A stretch of 64,000 nucleotides of DNA from Planctomycetota bacterium (GTDB taxonomy: Bacteria; Planctomycetota; JACOTG01): assembly GCA_016178505.1 (NCBI GenBank), contig JACOTG010000253.1, positions 2,243-66,242 of the forward strand, in the 5' to 3' direction. Numbering within the stretch: the first letter of the stretch is position 1; every line of letters starts with the position of its first letter. The notes under the pieces are model-generated. The model was given only the letters and a program-made list of their open reading frames with translations. It was not told where the DNA came from and ran no database searches. The translations under genes were made by a program, and so were the position numbers. Below are positions 56,863 through 64,000 of the stretch, piece by piece.

Positions 56863-58394
56863 GGCTCGCGACGATCGACGTCGGATCGAACTCGATTCAC
56901 CTTCTCGTGGTCGACGTCGAGAAAGACGGGAAGATCGTTCCCGTCGATCGCGAGCGCGACATGGTGCGTCTCGGCGCTCATTCGCTCACTCGCGGGTCGA
57001 TCACCGAAGCTGCCTCACAGATCGCGCTCCGTTCGTTTCGGCGTTTGGTCGAGCTCGCACGCCACCTCGAGGCCGAGCGCGTCGTCGCGACCGGCACGAG
57101 CGCACTCCGGGAATCGCGCAACCGTGACGAGTTCGTCGAGCGCGCGCTCCGCGAAACCGGCGTGCGGATCGAGATCCTGTCAGGCCAGGAAGAAGCACGA
57201 CTCGTCGCGCTCGCCGTCAATCACGCAATGCGCCTCGGCACGACGCGCACGCTCATCGTCGACGTGGGCGGCGGATCGACCGAATTCGCGATCACGAAGG
57301 GGCGCGAACCGCTGCTGCTCCGCTCGGTCAAGCTCGGCGCCGTTCGACTCACCGACGCGTGCATTCGGTCGGATCCGCCGTCGCCGCGCGACGTGGCGCG
57401 GCTCGACGAGCAGATTCGCGACGGGCTCGCGCGCACGCGCCGCGCGGTGGCGAACGTCGGATACGAACGGGCCGTGGCAACGTCGGGCACTGCACTCGCA
57501 TTGGCGCGCCTCGTCGCGCGATTCTCGAAGTCGGCTTCGAGCCCGCTGACGCTCGACGCCGTCCGAATCGTTCGCGAGCGGCTCGCGCTGCTCTCGGTGA
57601 AGGAGAGCCGCCGACTTCCCGGCGTGAACCCGAGGCGCGCGGACATCCTCTTCGCCGGCGCGATGCTGGTCGAGCGAATCCTGGAACTGTTCGCCATCGA
57701 AAAGCTCGAGACGTGCGACTGGGGATTGCGCGAGGGCGTCTTGCTTCACCTCCTCCGCGACACGCTGGTCGGCGAAGCGGCGGAGCGTCGAACGCTGCGC
57801 CGGCGAAGCGTGCTCGGCCTCGCGCGACGGTACCAATACGACGCGGTGCACTCGCGCCAGGTCGCGCATCTCGCGAAGAAGCTCTTCGACGCCACCGCCG
57901 TCCTGCACGGTCTCGGGGCCGCTCACCGGGAGATCCTCGAGCACGCCGCGGTCCTGCACGATATCGGCTACTTCGTTTCCGACGTCGACCATCACAAGCA
58001 CACGCAGTATCTCGTCGCGCACTCCGAGTTGCAGGGATTCACGCGCAACGAGGTTGCCGTCATCGCCAACGTGGCGCGCTATCACCGAAAATCGCTCCCT
58101 CGCGACCGACACCCCGGCTTCACTGCGCTCGGAATGGAGGAGCGCGAGATCGTCCGCAAGCTCGCCGCGATCCTTCGGCTCGCCGACGCACTCGACCGTA
58201 GCCACGCCTGCGCGATCGCCGACGTCGAGGTGTCCATCGGCCCACAAGTAGCCGAGGTCCGCGCCAGATCCCGCGGATCGATCGAGCTCGAGCGCCTCGC
58301 CACGCGCCACAAGAGCGACCTGTTCGAGCGTGTTTTCGGACGTCGCGTTCGCTTGCGCGATCTGCGTCGTCCGGCGAGCCCTCCGGTCGCCTGA
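56859..58394 (+). CDS. ppx: Ppx/GppA exopolyphosphatase with HD domain
   Basis: ATGA overlap; IDVGSNSIHL, TSALRE, GQEEARL, DVGGGSTE, GLREG and LHDIG motifs. Confidence 0.93.
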   Translation: MRLATIDVGSNSIHLLVVDVEKDGKIVPVDRERDMVRLGAHSLTRGSITEAASQIALRSFRRLVELARHLEAERVVATGTSALRESRNRDEFVERALRETGVRIEILSGQEEARLVALAVNHAMRLGTTRTLIVDVGGGSTEFAITKGREPLLLRSVKLGAVRLTDACIRSDPPSPRDVARLDEQIRDGLARTRRAVANVGYERAVATSGTALALARLVARFSKSASSPLTLDAVRIVRERLALLSVKESRRLPGVNPRRADILFAGAMLVERILELFAIEKLETCDWGLREGVLLHLLRDTLVGEAAERRTLRRRSVLGLARRYQYDAVHSRQVAHLAKKLFDATAVLHGLGAAHREILEHAAVLHDIGYFVSDVDHHKHTQYLVAHSELQGFTRNEVAVIANVARYHRKSLPRDRHPGFTALGMEEREIVRKLAAILRLADALDRSHACAIADVEVSIGPQVAEVRARSRGSIELERLATRHKSDLFERVFGRRVRLRDLRRPASPPVA

Positions 58395-58510
58395 TCGGGA
58401 CCGCGTCGGACCGCCGAGGTTTCGTGACCGGCCGCGCGACGCCGCGACGCCGCACCCAAGGTCCGCCTCGTCGCTCATCTTTGAAAGTGCTTCGCAGCCG
58501 CGATTTGTGC

Positions 58511-58571
58511 GCACTTTCCGCACTTTCCGCAATCGTCGCGACTTGAGACATGGCTCGGATTCGGGTAGAAT
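58511..58571 (+). promoter_or_regulatory. Putative sigma70 promoter with an upstream 9-bp direct repeat
   Basis: TTGAGA (58543)-N17-TAGAAT (58566); GCACTTTCC x2 plus GCA at 58511-58531. Confidence 0.55.
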
Positions 58572-58605
58572 CGCGCCCTTCTGTGGGGTGGAAACTCGGG
58601 AAAAG

Positions 58606-59091
58606 ATGCACGGAACTCGACTGTCCGAGCTGCTTCGTTCTGGGGCGATCGTGCCCAGCTTGAAGAGCACCAAGGTCGAGGCGGTCGCTTCTGAATTGGT
58701 CGATGCGCTCATCGAGGCCGAAGCGCTGCCTCACGTGCATCGCGAATCGGCGATCATCTCGATCCTGAAGCGAGAAAACGCGTCGAGCACGGGCCTAGGC
58801 TCGGGCGTGGCACTCCCGCATGCGAAGGTGCCGTTCGTTCGGGATTTCGTCGCGGCGTTGGGCCTCGCGTCCGAAGGCGTCGATTTCAATTCCTCGGACT
58901 CGGCTCCCGTGAAAGCGGTCTTCTTGCTTTTCTCGCCGAAGGACGACCCGTACGGGCACCTGTGGTTGCTCGGCACGATCGCCGGTCTCATTCGGCAGCC
59001 GAGATTCGTGGATTCATTGCTGCGAAGCGTCGACCGTGAACAGGTTCGCGAACGGATCGCGGACGCAGAGGATCGATTGCATGGCGCGTAA
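58606..59091 (+). CDS. PTS EIIA component (Ntr/Fru family, PtsN-like)
   Basis: KRENASSTGLGSGVALPHAK carries the phospho-His; GVDFNSSD follows. Confidence 0.9.
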   Translation: MHGTRLSELLRSGAIVPSLKSTKVEAVASELVDALIEAEALPHVHRESAIISILKRENASSTGLGSGVALPHAKVPFVRDFVAALGLASEGVDFNSSDSAPVKAVFLLFSPKDDPYGHLWLLGTIAGLIRQPRFVDSLLRSVDREQVRERIADAEDRLHGA

Positions 59092-60226
59092 GCCAACGTC
59101 GTCGTCGACCGCCGAATCGAAGCCCGAAGTCGAGAACCGCGTCGCCGTGGCACCGGCTGCGTCGATCACCCCGACCGAGGTCCGCCGGAGCGTCGTCGTG
59201 AAGGCGGCCGTCGAGTCGCTGTTCGGCGCGTTAACCGATGCGTCCCAGCTTCAGCGGTGGCTGTGCGAAGCGGCGAAGCTCGAACCGAAGGCCAACGGCA
59301 AGGTCTCTCTGACGTTCGGAGCCAACTCGACTCTCGAGGGCAAGATCACCGAGTTCGCGCCCGGCGAAAGGGTCACGATGTCGCTGACTCCGTCCGGCTC
59401 GAAATCGGCGAAGCTCGCGCTCACGGTCGACCTCCGCGTTCGCGGCGAAGGCGCGGGCGCCCGCGTGACGCTCACGGAAACCGGTCTCGCAGACGCGGAC
59501 GCCGTGAAAGCGGCTGATCGCGGTTGGGCGCATCGACTCGAGAGACTGCGGTCGCTCTTCGAGGATGGCGCGCAGGCGCTCCGCGGAACAGAGGAGGTCG
59601 CGACGATACCCGTCTCCGGCGAGAGTCCATACGGCGTCGCCTGGGACGGCAAGCACCTTTGGCACACCGACGCCAGCGCTGGAAAGCTCATCAAGTTCGA
59701 CCCGACCAGCGGAAAAGTCCTCGCCGAGTTCGATGTGGGCGGAGGACCGACCGGAGTCGACAGCGACGGCAAGGATCTGTGGGTTCTCGATCCCAAGCGA
59801 AAGGCCATTCTCCAAGTGGACCCGGGATCGGGTGAAGTGAAGCGCCGACTCCGCGTGTTGCGCGTGGCCGGCGACCTCACCGACGTGGCGTGGGACGGCA
59901 AGAGTCTCTGGGTCGGTATGACCGGAGAAGGGGGAAAGATCGTCCGAATCGATTCGCGCACCGGCATGGCTCAAGGCTCGCTTCCGAGCCCAGAGGTGCC
60001 GAGTGGCGTGGCCGTCGACCGCAAGGACGGGGCGCACCTGTGGGTGGCGGCCGTCCGGTCGAGGGTCGTGACGCGAATCGACTCGAGGAAAGGGACGATC
60101 GTAGATCGTTTCGGTTTGCGCGGCGAGCCCGCAGGGCTTGCGTGGGATGGGGAGTGCCTCTGGCACACCGATCTCGAAGCGCGCGCGCTCGTTCGCGTCC
60201 GTCCCCTTGTGGAGCGGACGAGCTAA
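59081..60226 (+). CDS. SRPBCC/AHSA1 domain fused to a beta-propeller
   Basis: ALTDASQLQRW...GWAHRLERL, then repeated PxGxAWDGxxLW blades. Confidence 0.82.
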   Translation: MARKPTSSSTAESKPEVENRVAVAPAASITPTEVRRSVVVKAAVESLFGALTDASQLQRWLCEAAKLEPKANGKVSLTFGANSTLEGKITEFAPGERVTMSLTPSGSKSAKLALTVDLRVRGEGAGARVTLTETGLADADAVKAADRGWAHRLERLRSLFEDGAQALRGTEEVATIPVSGESPYGVAWDGKHLWHTDASAGKLIKFDPTSGKVLAEFDVGGGPTGVDSDGKDLWVLDPKRKAILQVDPGSGEVKRRLRVLRVAGDLTDVAWDGKSLWVGMTGEGGKIVRIDSRTGMAQGSLPSPEVPSGVAVDRKDGAHLWVAAVRSRVVTRIDSRKGTIVDRFGLRGEPAGLAWDGECLWHTDLEARALVRVRPLVERTS

Positions 60227-60247
60227 CCCGTAAGGAGTGGAGGCAGG

Positions 60248-60697
60248 ATGGGTCAGGAAAGAGTCATCAAGAACACCGTCTCGATCAAGAAGGCGGCCCC
60301 GGTCGTGTTCCAGGCGCTGCTGGATCAAGACGAGGTCTGCAAGTGGTTCGCCGACGACGCCAACGTCGATCCGCGGGAGGGCGGGCGGTTCGAAGTGATG
60401 GAAGAAGGCTTCTGGAGCAAGGGGCGGGTCTTGAAGCTCGAAGCGAACAAGCGGCTGTCGTTCACGCTGGCGCTACCCGAGGAAGGCGTCATGGGTCCGA
60501 CGCGCGTCGAGTACATGCTCGAAGCGAAAGGAAGCTCCACGCACGTGTCTCTCACGCACAGCGGGTTCGGCTCGGGGCCGGAGTGGGAGAACGTCTTTCA
60601 CGAGTTCGAAGCGCACTGGCCGGACAGCCTCGACTCGCTGAAGAAGTTCGTCGAGACGCGAAAGTCGTCTCGGAAGTCGAAGTCAAAGTCCGCGTAA
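60248..60697 (+). CDS. SRPBCC/AHSA1 family protein
   Basis: VFQALLD...KWF...VDPREGGRF...LTHSGF...WPDSLDSLKKFVE. Confidence 0.88.
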   Translation: MGQERVIKNTVSIKKAAPVVFQALLDQDEVCKWFADDANVDPREGGRFEVMEEGFWSKGRVLKLEANKRLSFTLALPEEGVMGPTRVEYMLEAKGSSTHVSLTHSGFGSGPEWENVFHEFEAHWPDSLDSLKKFVETRKSSRKSKSKSA

Positions 60698-60758
60698 CGC
60701 TCCGTCGAATCGACGCACGGCGGGGATCGATGATCGATCGGTCCTCGCCGTTTTCGTC

Positions 60759-60917
60759 TCAGCGCGGTTCGCTCGACGCCACGCAGACGTCCTCGTCGTC
60801 GCCAGTGCCGCCGGCCACGCCGTCGCGACCCCAGCTCACGATTTCGAATTCCTGGTTCGGCAGCACGACGAACTCGAACGGCCGCTTCCACGGATCGACG
60901 AAGTTGTCACGACGGTT
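60759..60917 (-). pseudogene. Fragment resembling the type II secretion GspG (T2SSG) C-terminal domain
   Basis: Manual translation gives NRRDNFVDPWKRPFEFVVLPNQEFEIVSWGRDGVAGGTGDDEDVCVASSEPR*. An in-frame TGA at 60918-60920 precedes it. Confidence 0.6.
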
Positions 60918-60922
60918 TCAGA

Positions 60923-63900
60923 TCACTCGGTCGATTCGAGCACGATGCGTTCGTCTTCACGGTCGTCGATCTCGCGGCACCAGGCGATGAGCTCGGGGTA
61001 GCGCTCGATCGAAATGCGCTCCGGATCGAACGCCACTTCGCGTTCGACGACGATCGCGCCGTTCTCCTCACGGCAATCGAACCGATAGTTGCCGAAGAAT
61101 CCGCGCGACTCGAGCGACTTCGGCAGCCGCTTCACGCGGTACTTGTTCCCGAGGTGGATCGTGACGTGATTTCGTTGGTGCTCGAAGTCGCGATAGACGA
61201 CGGGCCAAGTCCGTTTGTCGCCGCTCGAGAATCGCGCCGTCAGATGGAGCGGCGCGATGCCGGTCTTGCAACCGATCTCGCCGCCGCTCGTGTCCACGAA
61301 GCGGCGCAACCCGGCCGTGACGTCGATTGCCATCGGCGAGTCCGGCTGCGCCAGCCCGGGGAACTCGATCGTCCGCAGCGTGCTTCCCGGGAAGTACTGC
61401 ATCATCATTCGCGCCCCGAGTTGCTTTCGCTGCTGGTCCTCGAGCGTGCGAAACGTCTCCTTCAATCCGTAGCCCGCGAAGGCCGGAATGCGGGTTTGCA
61501 TGCCGACCGCGAACGCGCCCCCCTCCTCGACGTCGATGTTCGCGCTGGTGTCGGACGTGAGGAATTCGTCGGACGGAAGCTTCGGCATCGTCTCGCGTCG
61601 CCCTTCGCCGCCGTCGATCACGAACACCGGCGCTTCGCTCAGATAGAAGGGGATTCTCCCGAACGGGAGGTCGCGCACTTCGAGCCAGACCCACACCGGC
61701 TCGTGATCGCGCGGCATCACGCGCACGATCGCCTGAGGATAAAGCGATTCGCGCACCCAGTCCCACTGCGGATCCTCGGCGTCGAGCCCCGGATTGACGC
61801 GACATCGCGCCTCGTCGAATGGCACGCCGGCGGCACGCAGGAGCGCGCGATACAGCGAGAGCCGGTTTCCCTTCCGCTCCAGCAGCGCCGCAGTCGGATT
61901 GTTGGAGTTGCTCGATTCGCGCACGGTCTCGTTCACGAACTCGTAGAGCTTCTTCGCCTTTGCATAGTCGCCGTCGACTCCCGCCGTCGTCGCGCGAGCG
62001 GCGCGCTCGAGTTCCGGCGTCAGGCGCAATGCGGCGAGGCGCTTGTACGCCTGGTTCACTTCCTTCCACGTGCGGTTCTGCGAGAGCGTGACCCGCGGGA
62101 CGACCTCGCGCGGGTCGGGCATGTACGGCTCCTTCTTCACGATCGATTGGTTGTGCACTTGGTAGATCGTGACGCGCGTCTGTCCGTCTGGGAGATCGTG
62201 AACCTCCGGCTCGCCGGGGAAATTCTGAACGATGTGTCGCACGTCCAGCGACTTCGGCTGGATCACGACGTACCGGCTCCACAAGAAGGGCTCCTCCTGA
62301 TCGACGTCCTGGAAGTAGAACGCCGGAATGTCGAGCGGCATTCCCGGGGGCCAGCGATCCATGTCCGCGTAGCGCCACTCGACGGCGGCCCCGATGCCGA
62401 GCCCGGGGAGCGTGAGTCCCTGCTCGGCCGGCAGCGTCACGGGCTCGAGCACGGATCCGTCCGGCTTGATCACGTGCAGCTCGAGAAGCTCCTCGCCGGG
62501 TCGGAACGTCGCGTACTTCTCGACGCCGTGCTCGTTCTGGATCTTGAAGAGCTGGTGCGTGATGCGCCGGTTCGAGCCATCTTCATAGAGACGCAGCACG
62601 AGGTCGTCGAGAACCGCTAGGCTCGTCGCGCGGGGATATCGCGAGGCGTCGGGCGCTTCACGCAGCAGCTTCAGCGCATCGACCTCGTAGGCTTTGAACT
62701 CTGGATCCTCGCCGCCTTCGAGTCGCCGGAGGATCTCGCGTACTTGGTGGTAGCCCGGGTCGACATCGAGCGCCCGGTGGTACCACGAGCGCGCCGTGTC
62801 GGCGTCGCCGAGCTCGAGGAAGAGATCGCCGATCTCCTTCTTGAACGACGAGTAGCGCGGGTATCGCTTCGCGAGATCGAGATACGCTGCAATGGCTCGG
62901 TTCGTATCACCCCGGTCCCGTTCGAATGCGGCGATCGATTCCGATCGGCTGAGATCGACTCGCGGATCCTGCTCGCGGCTCTTGCCGTAGAGATCGCGCA
63001 CGCGATCGTCGAGGCCGCGTTCGCGGTACGCGTCGACGAGACTTTGACGCACGTCGTCTTGGCGCTGGTCGGCGCGCAGAGATGCCTCCCACAGCTCGAG
63101 CGCCCGATTCGAGTTTCCCTCGTCGGTCCAGAACTTGGCGAGTGCATTGAGGACGGAGGGCTGGGCCGGCTCAAGCCGCCTCGCGGCCTCCAGCTCGTCG
63201 ATCTGTTCCTTGCGCCAATTCTGCTTGGCGAAATAGCCGGCGAGGAGGAGATGCGGCACGTGCGAAGTCGGAGCGACTTCGGATGCGTGCCGGAGTATCG
63301 TCGCCGCTTCCTCGATCTTGTCGTCGCCGGCCGCGAAGCTCGCCGTCCACAACAGTGCCGGAACGAAATCCGGGTCCTTCGCTCGAGCGGTTTCGTAGAG
63401 GACGCGCGCCTTTTGCGTCCGCCAGCCGGCCGGCAGAAACGGAGCCGAGTTCAGCGCCGAGCCGTAATACGAAAGGAACCAAGGCGAGTCGGGTGCGGCC
63501 TCGCTCGCTCGACGAAGAGCGTCGAGTCCCATCGTCTCGAGACCATTGCGATAGAGCGCCCATCCGTACGCCGTGAAAAGATGAGGACTCGCGGAGTCAC
63601 CGGCTTTCGCCACGGCGCTCTCGAGCATCGTGAGCGCCGTCGAGAACGCTCGGGGCGCCTGGCGAGCCTGTGATTCCGGTGCCGCGAGCGGCCGAACCGT
63701 CGTGTCGCTTTCCTCGCGCACGTCCGTGATCGGCGCGCCGTCGATTCCAACGAGCCGCGCGGAGAACGCACCTTCCCCCGAAGTGGACGCCTTCACCAGC
63801 ACTCGGTTCCATCCCGCGCGCATCCGGAATGGCACACGATACGTGTTCGGGAGATCGAACCTCGCGCGGTCGACGTCGAGCACGAACGCGCCGTTGATCC

Positions 63901-64000
63901 ACAGTCGAGCGGAGTGTGACGGACTGAAAACGAGGTAAGCATCGCGCGCGGTCTGCGACAGGAACTGACAGAGCGCGTAGGCGGCGCCTTCCGGAGGGTA
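60923..64000 (-). CDS. Large TPR + DUF3857 + transglutaminase-like protein (5' end outside the window)
   Basis: Frame is open to 64000; many TPRs; DUF3857-like LYEDGSNRRITHQ...LPGLGIGAAVEWRY; TGase-like GNRLSLYRALLRAAG. Confidence 0.85.
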   Translation of the reverse strand, partial: YPPEGAAYALCQFLSQTARDAYLVFSPSHSARLWINGAFVLDVDRARFDLPNTYRVPFRMRAGWNRVLVKASTSGEGAFSARLVGIDGAPITDVREESDTTVRPLAAPESQARQAPRAFSTALTMLESAVAKAGDSASPHLFTAYGWALYRNGLETMGLDALRRASEAAPDSPWFLSYYGSALNSAPFLPAGWRTQKARVLYETARAKDPDFVPALLWTASFAAGDDKIEEAATILRHASEVAPTSHVPHLLLAGYFAKQNWRKEQIDELEAARRLEPAQPSVLNALAKFWTDEGNSNRALELWEASLRADQRQDDVRQSLVDAYRERGLDDRVRDLYGKSREQDPRVDLSRSESIAAFERDRGDTNRAIAAYLDLAKRYPRYSSFKKEIGDLFLELGDADTARSWYHRALDVDPGYHQVREILRRLEGGEDPEFKAYEVDALKLLREAPDASRYPRATSLAVLDDLVLRLYEDGSNRRITHQLFKIQNEHGVEKYATFRPGEELLELHVIKPDGSVLEPVTLPAEQGLTLPGLGIGAAVEWRYADMDRWPPGMPLDIPAFYFQDVDQEEPFLWSRYVVIQPKSLDVRHIVQNFPGEPEVHDLPDGQTRVTIYQVHNQSIVKKEPYMPDPREVVPRVTLSQNRTWKEVNQAYKRLAALRLTPELERAARATTAGVDGDYAKAKKLYEFVNETVRESSNSNNPTAALLERKGNRLSLYRALLRAAGVPFDEARCRVNPGLDAEDPQWDWVRESLYPQAIVRVMPRDHEPVWVWLEVRDLPFGRIPFYLSEAPVFVIDGGEGRRETMPKLPSDEFLTSDTSANIDVEEGGAFAVGMQTRIPAFAGYGLKETFRTLEDQQRKQLGARMMMQYFPGSTLRTIEFPGLAQPDSPMAIDVTAGLRRFVDTSGGEIGCKTGIAPLHLTARFSSGDKRTWPVVYRDFEHQRNHVTIHLGNKYRVKRLPKSLESRGFFGNYRFDCREENGAIVVEREVAFDPERISIERYPELIAWCREIDDREDERIVLESTE

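Overview
This is a high-GC, gene-dense chromosomal window. Its gene repertoire suggests Planctomycetota (inference): membrane-anchored ECF sigma factor, kinase-ECF pair, prenyltransferase-repeat protein and many Ig-fold secreted proteins. About 45 CDS are supportable, and the two edge genes are truncated. I saw no rRNA, tRNA, CRISPR array, integrase or transposase. Five observations stand out. (1) A secreted-protein gene at 46295-46972 has two in-frame UGA codons in a repeated GG-UGA-P motif, followed by a SECIS-like hairpin and 134 further sense codons; it is a candidate new selenoprotein or readthrough product. (2) A tandem pair of thymidylate-kinase-like genes coupled to ppx resembles the archaeal heteromeric family-3 polyphosphate kinase locus. 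(3) Two otherwise unrelated secreted proteins share a ~165-aa C-terminal domain. (4) A five-gene export-like operon combines two Ig-repeat paralogs, a DUF1611-like NTPase, an ABC exporter and an AlgE-like barrel. (5) Gene ends are locally duplicated at 17017-17108 and 26370-26522. Family assignments come from motif recognition only; no searches were run.
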